The notes under the pieces: model-generated | Database searches by the model: none | What the model was told of the DNA's origin: nothing | What the model saw: the letters and a program-made list of their open reading frames with translations, nothing else | Assembly: GCA_016213505.1 (NCBI GenBank) | Contig: JACRAF010000069.1 | Coordinates: 136,316 to 168,315 of the forward strand | Direction: 5' to 3' | DNA length: 32,000 bases | Source: Devosia nanyangense | GTDB lineage: Bacteria > Pseudomonadota > Alphaproteobacteria > Rhizobiales > Devosiaceae | In this document: piece by piece, positions 7,586 to 15,906 of the stretch | Numbering within the stretch: the first letter of the stretch is position 1 | How the letters are laid out: each line of letters starts with the position of its first letter | Made by a program: the position numbers and the translations under genes

Positions 7586-9112
7586 ATGACCCTGCTTTCC
7601 CTGGAACACATTTCCAAGGCCTATGCCGGCGTGCCGGCCCTGCGCGACGCGACACTCAGCATCGCGGCGGGGGAAATCCATGCGCTGATGGGCGAGAACG
7701 GGGCCGGCAAGTCGACCCTGATCAAGATTCTCGCGGGGGTGGTGGCGCCCGACACCGCGTCGATCCGGATCGACGGCAGCGAAGTCGGCATCGACAGCCC
7801 GGCCACGGCCTACCGGCTGGGCTTTCGCTTCATCCACCAGGAACTGAACGTGGTGCCGGCGCTGTCGGTGGCCGAGAACATCTTTCTCGGCCGGGCGTAC
7901 CCGCTGCGCGCCGGGGTGCTGATCGACTGGGCGCGGCTCAACCGGGTGGCGGGCGATGCCCTGCGGAAGCTCGGGATCGGTCACATCGATCCCGGGGAGC
8001 GGATGGCGCGGCTGTCGCTGGGCGACCAGATGCTGGTGCGTATCTCGAGCGCGTTCCTCAGCGAGGCGGGGGCGCCGGCGCGGCTTTACGTCATGGACGA
8101 GCCGACGGCGGCGCTGACGCGCGAGGAGTCGGCGCGGCTGTTCGCCGTGTTGCGCGAAATCCGCGCTTCGGGCAATTCGGTGCTCTATGTGTCGCACCGG
8201 CTCGATGAGGTCATGGCGCTCTGCGATAAGGCGACGGTGCTGCGCGACGGCCGCACCATCGATACCGGCCGCATCGCCGATATCACCCATGACGATCTGG
8301 TGGCGCTGATGATCGGGCGGCGGGTGGAGGAGGCCTATCCGCGGCCGATCACCGCCCCGTCGAGCGAGATCGCGCTCGCAGTCGAGGGAGTGGCGGGCGA
8401 AGGTCTCGCAGCGACAAGTTTCTCGGTCCGCAAGGGTGAGATCCTCGGGATTGCCGGGCTTTCGGGTTCTGGGCAGCGGCACTTGCTGCGGCTGCTGTCG
8501 GGCGACCTGCCTGTGAAGACGGGACGCCTGCTTCTCGATGGCCGGCCGCACCGGCCGCGCGGCCCCGCCGCTTCGTGGAGCGCCGGCGTCGCCTATGTGC
8601 CGCGCGAGCGGCGGAGCGAGGGGCTGGTGGTGTCGCGCCCGATCTACCAGAACATCACTCTACCTCATCTGGGTACGCAGAGCCTCGGCGGGACGTGGCT
8701 GACGCCGCGACGCGAGCGGCGTTTCGCGGTGCAGATGGGCAACGACGTGAAACTGCGCGCCGTCGGCCCCAACCAGCGGGCCCTTGAGCTGAGCGGCGGC
8801 AATCAGCAGAAGGTGGTGTTCGCCAAGGCGCTGAGCGGCGCTCCCCGGCTGCTGCTGCTCGACGAGCCGACGCGCGGGGTGGATATCGGCGCGAAGTTCG
8901 ATATCTACAGCATCATCCGCGACATGGCGGCGAAGGGCATGGCGGTGATCCTGGTGTCGTCGGATCTGGCGGAACTGCTTGGCATGTGCGACCGCATCGC
9001 GATCATGCGCGACGGCGCGATCACCGAGATCGCCGACGCCGCCGGTCTCGCGGAGGATGATCTGCTCAACCGCTGCTACGGGCGCAACCCCTCGACGGCC
9101 GAGGCTGCCTGA
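7586..9112 (+). CDS. Sugar ABC transporter ATP-binding protein, tandem-NBD (RbsA/MglA-like)
   Basis: 508 aa. Walker A 'GENGAGKST', Walker B 'LYVMDEPT', second NBD 'GLSGSGQRHLL', 'LSGGNQQK' and 'LLLLDEPT'. Confidence 0.93.
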   Translation: MTLLSLEHISKAYAGVPALRDATLSIAAGEIHALMGENGAGKSTLIKILAGVVAPDTASIRIDGSEVGIDSPATAYRLGFRFIHQELNVVPALSVAENIFLGRAYPLRAGVLIDWARLNRVAGDALRKLGIGHIDPGERMARLSLGDQMLVRISSAFLSEAGAPARLYVMDEPTAALTREESARLFAVLREIRASGNSVLYVSHRLDEVMALCDKATVLRDGRTIDTGRIADITHDDLVALMIGRRVEEAYPRPITAPSSEIALAVEGVAGEGLAATSFSVRKGEILGIAGLSGSGQRHLLRLLSGDLPVKTGRLLLDGRPHRPRGPAASWSAGVAYVPRERRSEGLVVSRPIYQNITLPHLGTQSLGGTWLTPRRERRFAVQMGNDVKLRAVGPNQRALELSGGNQQKVVFAKALSGAPRLLLLDEPTRGVDIGAKFDIYSIIRDMAAKGMAVILVSSDLAELLGMCDRIAIMRDGAITEIADAAGLAEDDLLNRCYGRNPSTAEAA

Positions 9113-10062
9113 TGCTCAACTTCGCGCGCCGCTATGGCACGCTGATCGGCTTCGTCCTCATCCTGGTGCTCTTTTCGGCGCGGCTGCCCGACACCTTCAT
9201 GACGGCGCGCAACTGGCTCAACATCACCCAGCAGCTGTCGATGCTGATGGTGGTGGCTGCCGGCATGACCATCGTCATGGTGATGGGCGATTTCGACCTC
9301 AGCGTCGGCTCGATGGCAAGCCTGTCGGGGATCGTCGCGGCGCTGCTCTTCACGCTCGGTTATCCGATCTGGCTGGCGCTCGGCCTCGCGCTCCTCGTCG
9401 GCCTCGCCGGCGGGTTGTTCAACGGCGTGCTGGTGGCGCTGACGGGCATCCTGCCGTTCGTCGCGACGCTGGCGACGCTGACGATGTTTTCCGGCGCGGC
9501 GTTCGTGGTCAGTGGCGGCAAGACCATTTCCGGGCGCGCCATTCCCGAGGCGTTCGGCAATTTCGCGCGCGACGGGGTGGCGCTCGGACCGGTCACGCTG
9601 CCTAACCTCACCATCCTTGCGGCAGTCGTGGTGCTGGTCGTATTCGTGCTGCTCGAGCAGACGACGTTCGGACGGCGGCTCTATGCCATCGGCGGCAACA
9701 TCGAAGCGGCGCATCTGAGCGGCGTCAAGGTGCGCCGGCTGAAGCTGATCGCCTACGCGCTCACCGGCTTTGCCGCGGCGCTGGGCGGCCTCATGTATGC
9801 GAGCCGCGTCGCTTCGGCCAACCCGACGCAGGGCAGTGGGCTGATGCTCAACGCCATCGCCGCGGTGTTTCTCGGCATGACGATGAGCGAACAGGGCGAA
9901 CCGCGCATCCTCGCGACCGTGATTGGCGTCCTGATCATCGGCGTGCTCGACAACGGCCTCACCCAGATGAGCGTCGACAGCTATGTGCGGCAGATCCTGG
10001 TCGGCGCCATCATCGTCCTCGCCGTTGCGGCGAGCTCGATCTCGAAGAGCTCTCGGCGCTAG
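9112..10062 (+). CDS. Sugar ABC transporter permease (RbsC/AraH-like)
   Basis: 316 aa, strongly hydrophobic, with 'RLYAIGGNIEAAHLSGVKV' typical of this permease family. TGATG overlap with the ATPase stop. Confidence 0.9.
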   Translation: MLNFARRYGTLIGFVLILVLFSARLPDTFMTARNWLNITQQLSMLMVVAAGMTIVMVMGDFDLSVGSMASLSGIVAALLFTLGYPIWLALGLALLVGLAGGLFNGVLVALTGILPFVATLATLTMFSGAAFVVSGGKTISGRAIPEAFGNFARDGVALGPVTLPNLTILAAVVVLVVFVLLEQTTFGRRLYAIGGNIEAAHLSGVKVRRLKLIAYALTGFAAALGGLMYASRVASANPTQGSGLMLNAIAAVFLGMTMSEQGEPRILATVIGVLIIGVLDNGLTQMSVDSYVRQILVGAIIVLAVAASSISKSSRR

Positions 10063-10760
10063 GGACGCGCGGCATCGATCTGGCGCTGAAGCTGCAGCAG
10101 CTGATCCTCGGGGCTGCGCAGAATGCACGTCGCGCAATAGGAGCCGGCTTCGCACGTATAGTAGCGGCAGCAGCCGCCGCGTTTGAGAAACACCTCGGTC
10201 TCGCTGAGGCGATGGAATCCGGTGTGGCCGTTGAACGGCTTGAACCGCGGGTCGCGCACCGCGGCCATCGCCAAGGCCTGGGCGCGTTCGGGGCAGGCGA
10301 GGGCGGTGCCGGCGTGGAGGAAGGCGGCGGCGAGGCCGTCGGCGACCAGCCGCCACTGCGCGGGCTCGGCCAGCCGGGTCGCGAGCTTCACCCGACCGAT
10401 GAGCGGAACCATAGCAGTTTCAAGCACTTCGCCGATGGGGCGAGGAGTGGTGCCGGCGTCTTCGGCGAGGCGGAAGCGGAGGTCCATGGCCCCTCCGACG
10501 GCGGGCGTCACCGCGAACTTGTTCCACGTTATGTCCGGCGTGGTGCCGTGGCGCAGCTGGGACACTGCCACGGTGGCGGCGAGATAGTAGGCGATGGCGC
10601 CGATGAAGTAGGCGCCCTGGCCGCGCCGGTCGAGACCGGGATCGCCGCGCTCGGCCGCCACGAAATACGCCTCGGCCAGATCGAAGCGATCGGCCGCCAG
10701 GGCATCGAGCGTCACCCAGCCCGCGAGCGGGCCGCGATCGATCGGCAGGCCGGCGATCAT
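10059..10760 (-). CDS. fhuF: FhuF-type ferric-siderophore reductase, (2Fe-2S)-binding C-terminal domain
   Basis: 233 aa. The C-terminal '[18 protein letters not shown]' gives an exact C-C-x10-C-x2-C motif. ATGA overlap with the upstream ATPase stop (10757-10760). The ORF-track 545-aa version is an N-terminal extension running through the ATPase gene in another frame. Confidence 0.8.
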   Translation of the reverse strand: MIAGLPIDRGPLAGWVTLDALAADRFDLAEAYFVAAERGDPGLDRRGQGAYFIGAIAYYLAATVAVSQLRHGTTPDITWNKFAVTPAVGGAMDLRFRLAEDAGTTPRPIGEVLETAMVPLIGRVKLATRLAEPAQWRLVADGLAAAFLHAGTALACPERAQALAMAAVRDPRFKPFNGHTGFHRLSETEVFLKRGGCCRYYTCEAGSYCATCILRSPEDQLLQLQRQIDAARP

Positions 10761-11596
10761 TGTTCGAGCGCCGGGAGCAGCAATGGCGTGCCCGACACCG
10801 GATCGGGGATCACCTGGCAATCGAGGCCGAACACCGCCTGCATGGTCGCGGCGGTGACGACGTCGGCCGGCGCGCCCTCGGCGACGATGCGGCCGTCGCG
10901 CATGGCGACGATGTGGTCGGCATAGCGGCAGGCGAGGTTGAGGTCGTGCAGCACCATCACGAAGGTGCGGCTCTCGTTGCGGTTGAGTCTTCGGACGAGG
11001 CTGAGAATCTCGATCTGGTGCTTGAGATCGAGGAAGGTCGTCGGCTCGTCGAGCAGCAGCAGCGACGTCTCCTGGGCCAGCGCCATGGCGATCCACACGC
11101 GCTGGCGCTGGCCGCCCGACAGCTCGTCGATGCGGCGATCGGCGAGATCGAGGATCTCGGTGGCCTCGAGGGCATCGAGGACCGCCCTCTCGTCTTGGGC
11201 GGACCATTGCTGGAAGGCGCTCTGGTGCGGGGTGCGGCCGCGCGCCACGAGGTCGGCGACGAGAATGCCCTCGGGAGCGATCGGGGTCTGCGGCAACAGC
11301 CCGAGCCGTTTGGCCACCTCGCGCGTCGGCAGCCGCGCGATCTCGTGCCCGTCGAGCAGCACCGAGCCGGTGCTCGGCTTCAGCAGCCGGCCGAGGGCGC
11401 GCAGCAAGGTCGACTTGCCGCAGGCATTGGGTCCGATCACTACCGTGATCTTGCGATCGGGGACCGAGAGGGAGAGATCGGCGACGATCCGCCGCTCGCC
11501 ATAGCCGAGCTCGACGGCGCGCGCGCTGAGCCGGTCGCCGCTCCAGGCCTTCGGCGTGTCGGCGACGGCCGGCCGAGCGATCCGCGACAGGTCCAT
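10757..11596 (-). CDS. Iron-siderophore ABC transporter ATP-binding protein (FepC/FecE/FhuC-like)
   Basis: Walker A 'GPNACGKST', signature 'LSGGQRQR', Walker B 'LLLLDEPT', H-loop 'VLHDLN'. ATG 11596 overlaps the permease stop (TGATG). Confidence 0.92.
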   Translation of the reverse strand: MDLSRIARPAVADTPKAWSGDRLSARAVELGYGERRIVADLSLSVPDRKITVVIGPNACGKSTLLRALGRLLKPSTGSVLLDGHEIARLPTREVAKRLGLLPQTPIAPEGILVADLVARGRTPHQSAFQQWSAQDERAVLDALEATEILDLADRRIDELSGGQRQRVWIAMALAQETSLLLLDEPTTFLDLKHQIEILSLVRRLNRNESRTFVMVLHDLNLACRYADHIVAMRDGRIVAEGAPADVVTAATMQAVFGLDCQVIPDPVSGTPLLLPALEQ

Positions 11597-12627
11597 CACA
11601 TCGCCCCTTTGCGGATTTGGGTGGCCAGCAGCCACAGCAGGTAGGGGGCGCCGAGGATGGCGGTGAAGACGCCGACCGGCAGCTGCGTCGGCGCAAACAC
11701 CAACCGCCCGCCGAGGTCGCCGGCGGCGACCACCGCCGCGCCGACCAGCGCCGAGGTCACCAGGGTCACCCCGGCGCCGCTCAGCCGTCGTGCGATTGGG
11801 CTCGAGACCAGCGCCACGAACGGCAGCGGTCCGGCGGACGCTACGGCCAGCGCCGCCAGCAGCACGCCGACCAGACCGGCGACGATGCGCGTGGCGTCGA
11901 CGCGAATGCCGAGCGCCGCGGCGAGATCGTCGCCGAGCTCGATGCGATCGAGGGACGGACGCAGCACCAGGGCGGCCGGCAACAGGATCGCGAGCCCCGC
12001 CGCGATCGTTTCCACATGCGACCAGAGCCGGGCATTGAGCGAGCCGGTGAGCCAGGCCTGCGCCGCGGCGGCCTCGAAGATGTCGCTGCGCGTCATCAGG
12101 AAATCGACGCCGGCATAGGCGAAAAAGCCGACGCCGATGCCGACCAGCACCAGTCTGAGGGGCGTGCCGCCCCGGCGCCAGGAGAGGGCGAAGACCACCG
12201 CGGCGGTGATCAGTCCGCCGCCGATGGCGCCCAGCGCCACCGGTGTGCCGCTGGCCCCGAAAACGATGACCAGGATCACCGCGCCGAGCGCCGCGCCGGC
12301 GTCGAAGCCGATGATGTCAGGCGAGGCCAGCGGGTTGCGCGCCAGCGACTGGAAGATCGCTCCGGCGACGCCGAACGCCATGCCGGTGAACAGACCGGTG
12401 AGCAGCCGCGGCAGCCTGAGGCCGAAGACGATGAAGCGGCTCGCGTCCTCGCCCTGTCCGGCCAGCGTCCACAGCACCTCGCCGAGCGGCAGCGGAAAAT
12501 CGCCGGCGCCGATCGACCAGACGCCGAGGATTGCGATGGCGGCGAGGAGCGCCAGATCGACGGCGATGGTGCGCTCGTCGATCCTGAGCGAGATGCCGCC
12601 ACTGCGCCAGACCCGGCTGTTGGTCAT
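11596..12627 (-). CDS. Iron-siderophore ABC transporter permease (FecCD family, FepG/FecD-like)
   Basis: 343 aa from ATG 12627, with an ATGA overlap with the upstream stop. It is multi-TM and has the C-terminal '[17 protein letters not shown]' typical of the FecCD family. The upstream ORF-track extension is Arg/Pro-rich junk. Confidence 0.9.
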   Translation of the reverse strand: MTNSRVWRSGGISLRIDERTIAVDLALLAAIAILGVWSIGAGDFPLPLGEVLWTLAGQGEDASRFIVFGLRLPRLLTGLFTGMAFGVAGAIFQSLARNPLASPDIIGFDAGAALGAVILVIVFGASGTPVALGAIGGGLITAAVVFALSWRRGGTPLRLVLVGIGVGFFAYAGVDFLMTRSDIFEAAAAQAWLTGSLNARLWSHVETIAAGLAILLPAALVLRPSLDRIELGDDLAAALGIRVDATRIVAGLVGVLLAALAVASAGPLPFVALVSSPIARRLSGAGVTLVTSALVGAAVVAAGDLGGRLVFAPTQLPVGVFTAILGAPYLLWLLATQIRKGAM

Positions 12628-13721
12628 AGCTGTGCCAGCCGGATGTTGCGAACGATGGCGACAAAGAGCGGGCCGCCGATGAGGGCGGTCATGATGCCGA
12701 CCTGGACTTCGCCTGGCGGCAGGACGACCCGGCCGGCGACGTCGCTCAGCACCAGGACGATCGGCCCGAGGATGGCGGAATAGGCGATCAGCCAGCGCTG
12801 GTCGCCGCCGCACCAGGCGCGCGCCAGATGCGGCACGACGAGGCCGACAAAGCCGATGGGTCCGGCCGCGGCGACGGCCGTGCCGCACAGCAGCGTGATC
12901 GCCATCATGGTGACGACCCGGGTGAGCCCCAGCCGCGTGCCGAGCGACCGCGCCGTGTCGTCGCCGAGCGCCACGGTGTTGAGCGAGCGGCCGGCGATGA
13001 TCGCCAGCGCCAGTCCGCCGGCGAGGAACGGCAGCAGGTCGCGCAGCGCAATCCCCGCTGCGCCGGTCAGCGAGCCGACGATCCAGAAGCGATAGATATC
13101 GAGCGTCTCCTTGCTGAGCAGGAGCACGGCGCTGACCAGTGCGAACAGCAGCGCATTGATGGCGGCGCCGGCGAGCGCCAGCCGCACCGGTGTCGCGCCG
13201 CCGCGACCGAGCGAGCCGAGCATGTAGACGAGGACGGCGATCGTGCCGGCGCCGGCGAGCGCGAACCAGACCAGGGTGCCGAGGCTGGTCACGTGCAGCA
13301 CCCAGATCGCGATCACCGCCGCCAGCGAGGCGCCGGAGTTGACCCCGAGCAGGCCCGGATCGGCCAGCGGATTGCGGGTGATCGCCTGCATCAGGGCCCC
13401 GGCGACCGACAGCGCCAGCCCGACCGCGATGCCGACCATGGTGCGCGGCAGGCGCAGATCGTGGACGACGAGATGGAGGGTGTCGGCCGGATCGAACGCC
13501 GTCAGCGCCTCGAGCACTACGGTGAGAGGGATCGGGCGCGCGCCCACCGCGAGCGAGAGGAGCACCGCAGCGGCGAGACCCGCCGCGAGGACGCCGAGAC
13601 CGGCAATCCTGAGCCAGCGGCGGCGGCCGACGGGCGACAGCAGCCGCGCCCTCTCGGCCGCCCGGGCGGCGGCGATGCCGCCGCGCACTCCCGTTGTCGA
13701 GGGTTCGGCAAGTCCGTCCAC
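12624..13721 (-). CDS. Iron-siderophore ABC transporter permease (FecCD family, FepD/FecC-like)
   Basis: Multi-TM, with 'VQVGIMTALIGGPLFVAIV' at the C-terminus. The start is uncertain: GTG 13721 lies 3 nt after the upstream stop. Confidence 0.88.
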   Translation of the reverse strand: MDGLAEPSTTGVRGGIAAARAAERARLLSPVGRRRWLRIAGLGVLAAGLAAAVLLSLAVGARPIPLTVVLEALTAFDPADTLHLVVHDLRLPRTMVGIAVGLALSVAGALMQAITRNPLADPGLLGVNSGASLAAVIAIWVLHVTSLGTLVWFALAGAGTIAVLVYMLGSLGRGGATPVRLALAGAAINALLFALVSAVLLLSKETLDIYRFWIVGSLTGAAGIALRDLLPFLAGGLALAIIAGRSLNTVALGDDTARSLGTRLGLTRVVTMMAITLLCGTAVAAAGPIGFVGLVVPHLARAWCGGDQRWLIAYSAILGPIVLVLSDVAGRVVLPPGEVQVGIMTALIGGPLFVAIVRNIRLAQL

Positions 13722-13724
13722 CGG

Positions 13725-14702
13725 TTAGCCGTTCTGGCCGGCGCCGGCGTCGGGCACGATGGTGGCCGGATCGCCGTCGATGGCGAGCTCGATCAGCGGC
13801 ACGAGTTGGTCCAGCACGTAGTCGATGCTGAGCAGGCTCGAATAGGAGAACGCCCCCGACAGCAGGGCGTCGGCGAAGATCTCGCGGCCCTCACTGTAGG
13901 CCCTGAGGGTCGGCCGGAGCTTCATTGCCTTGATCTTGGCGGCATCGTCGAACCAGACGAGCACGTCGGCATCGAGCGGCGACAGATCCTCGGCCGAGAA
14001 GCTGGCATAGAAGTCGGTGGCGGCGCCGACCTTGTCGATGGCCTCCGGCGTTCCGAGGCCAAGCGAGGCAAGCAGCCGGGGCCGCATGTCGATCGAGCGG
14101 TAGGCGCCTGGAGCATCGTTCCAGAAAAAGCCGACTGCGGCGGTCTTGTCCTGCCAGCCGGGATGGGCGGCGCGGATTGCGGCAAAGCGATCTTCGATCG
14201 CCTTGATCCGTACTTCGGCCTCGGCGGATTTGCCGAGCGCCTTGCCGTCGGTGCGAACGTCGACCTGCCATGGCGTGCCGTAGTCGCCATATTCCGCTTC
14301 GGGAGCGACGGTCGGGGCGATCTGGCTCAGCAGCGCGTACTGCTCCTTGGTGATACCGGAGCCCACCGCGAGGATCAGGTCGGGCTGCAGCGCCGCGATC
14401 TGCTCGATGTTGAGGTCGCCCGTCAGCACGACCGGCTGGCTGTCGCCGAGCGCCGCCACGGCCCAGGGCCAGGCGGCATAGGGATAGTCGCCGTACCAGT
14501 AGCGCACGGCGACGGGCTTGATCCCGAGCGCCAGGATGTTGTCGGCGCCGGCATAGCCGAGCGAGACGACGCGCTCGGGCGCCTTCTCGATCGTGGTCGC
14601 GCCGTACATATGCGTCAGCGTGACGGGAAAATCCTGCGCCAGCGCGGGGGCGAGGCCGCCGGTGAAGAGCAGCGCGGCGGCGAACAAAGTCCTGAGGTTC
14701 AT
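13725..14702 (-). CDS. Iron-siderophore ABC transporter substrate-binding protein (paralogue 1)
   Basis: Signal peptide 'MNLRTLFAAALLFTGGLAPALA'. It has 'PERVVSLG' and 'WYGDYPYAAWPWA'. GGAG lies 7 nt before the ATG. Confidence 0.88.
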   Translation of the reverse strand: MNLRTLFAAALLFTGGLAPALAQDFPVTLTHMYGATTIEKAPERVVSLGYAGADNILALGIKPVAVRYWYGDYPYAAWPWAVAALGDSQPVVLTGDLNIEQIAALQPDLILAVGSGITKEQYALLSQIAPTVAPEAEYGDYGTPWQVDVRTDGKALGKSAEAEVRIKAIEDRFAAIRAAHPGWQDKTAAVGFFWNDAPGAYRSIDMRPRLLASLGLGTPEAIDKVGAATDFYASFSAEDLSPLDADVLVWFDDAAKIKAMKLRPTLRAYSEGREIFADALLSGAFSYSSLLSIDYVLDQLVPLIELAIDGDPATIVPDAGAGQNG

Positions 14703-14716
14703 CGAAGTCTCCGTTG

Positions 14717-15697
14717 TTACTGTGCGGGCGGCGGCACGGCCGTCGCGGGATCGCCGTCGACGGCGGCGGCCAGCATCGGCGGCAGGGTGTCGATCAGGTA
14801 GCCGAGCGCCGGCGGCGTCTGGAACGACAGCGCGCCCGAAAGCACGCCGCCGCCGAGCGAGATGTCGCGGCCCTCCCGGTGCAGCCGGGTGGTCCGGTAG
14901 ACCGAGAGCTCGGAAATGCCGGCCATACCCTCGGGCCAGACGAAGGCATCGAGCTCAATGAGGTTCAGGTTCTCGGGGCTGATGTCGAAATGGCCGCGCT
15001 CGGCCGCCTTCTCGTCGTAGAGCTTGGGGATCGTCAGCCCGAGGCTGGCGAGGAAGCGGTGCGAGGTGTCGGCCGAGTTGTAGGTGCGCACCAGCCCGTT
15101 GTCGAAATATCCGACCGCCGCCTGCTTGCCCTCGAGCCCCGGAAAGGCGGCGCGGGCGGCGGCGAAGCCGGCATCGATACCGGCGATGATTTCTTCCGCC
15201 CTGGCCGAGCGGCCGGTCGCCTGGCCGAGGAGCCGAAGCTCATCCTGCCAGGGGGCGCCCCATTGCGGAAACCCCCTGGGCGCGGTGATCGTCGGGGCGA
15301 TCGCCGAGAGCAGCCGATAGGTCGCCTCGTCGAGATCGCCATAGTAGGTCGCAACGATCAGGTCCGGATGCTGCGCCGCGACCCATTCGATGTTGATCTC
15401 GAAGCCCTTGAGCACCTCCGGGGTGGCGCCGGCCGCCTTGCGGGCCGCCTCCGCCCAGGGCCAGGTGGCATAGGGATAGTCGCCCCACCATTCGTGCACG
15501 CCGACCGGCGCAATGCCGAGGGCGTAGAGGAAATCCTGCTCGTGCATGCCGACCGAGACGACCCGCTCGGCCGCCGCCGCAATCGTCGTCTCGCCGAATT
15601 CGTGGGCGATGGTCACGGGGAAACCCTGCCCCAGCCCGACCGCCGGGAACGCCGTTCCAACCGAGACCGCAACGGTCGCCAGCGCTGCCAATTTCAT
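14717..15697 (-). CDS. Iron-siderophore ABC transporter substrate-binding protein (paralogue 2)
   Basis: ATG 15697 is preceded by GGAGACGAGACG. Signal peptide 'MKLAALATVAVSVGTAFPAVGLG'. It has 'AERVVSVG' and 'WWGDYPYATWPWA', and is collinear with paralogue 1. Confidence 0.88.
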   Translation of the reverse strand: MKLAALATVAVSVGTAFPAVGLGQGFPVTIAHEFGETTIAAAAERVVSVGMHEQDFLYALGIAPVGVHEWWGDYPYATWPWAEAARKAAGATPEVLKGFEINIEWVAAQHPDLIVATYYGDLDEATYRLLSAIAPTITAPRGFPQWGAPWQDELRLLGQATGRSARAEEIIAGIDAGFAAARAAFPGLEGKQAAVGYFDNGLVRTYNSADTSHRFLASLGLTIPKLYDEKAAERGHFDISPENLNLIELDAFVWPEGMAGISELSVYRTTRLHREGRDISLGGGVLSGALSFQTPPALGYLIDTLPPMLAAAVDGDPATAVPPPAQ

Positions 15698-15906
15698 CGT
15701 CTCGTCTCCATGTTTCGGCTTCGGCCGTAACAATCCGGACAAAACGAGTCAACTTTAAACGGCGCAGTTTGGAATGGCTCCAGACTAGGAGGGTTTCGGG
15801 ACCGGATTCGGTTCGCTCTCAGGTGGCGGTCTGGGACCTCGGAGTCCGCTTCCCTCAGAGGGAGGTGGCGCTGGAGCCGATCGCCGTGCGACTGTTTTGA
15901 GCGGTC

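Noticed and set aside
6590-8551. 653-aa ORF on the minus strand, the longest in the track
   Set aside because: It lies antisense to the RbsB-like SBP and the tandem-NBD ATPase, both of which have clear motifs. Its product is Arg/Gly/Asp/Pro-rich with no recognisable motif. This is the typical stop-codon-poor shadow frame of high-GC DNA.
10761-11696. N-terminal 312 aa of ORF 10059..11696, an apparent 545-aa FhuF fusion
   Set aside because: This part overlaps the ABC ATPase gene in a different frame and is Arg/Pro-rich. An internal ATG at 10760 forms an ATGA overlap with the ATPase stop and yields a normal 233-aa FhuF-like protein. The same reasoning trims ORFs 11596..12888, 17403..17864, 18757..20316, 24392..25399 and 27265..28671.
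12828-14801. 657-aa ORF on the plus strand
   Set aside because: It lies antisense to the FecCD permease and the siderophore SBP genes. The composition is Arg/Gly/Asp-rich and low in complexity. It is a shadow ORF.
15750-15775. TGA-N9-TCC on the minus strand, resembling the rhizobial RirA 'IRO' motif TGA-N9-TCA, upstream of the siderophore operon
   Set aside because: It has one mismatch in an already very low-information motif, so a chance occurrence is likely. No Fur-box-like or ICE-like sequence is present either.
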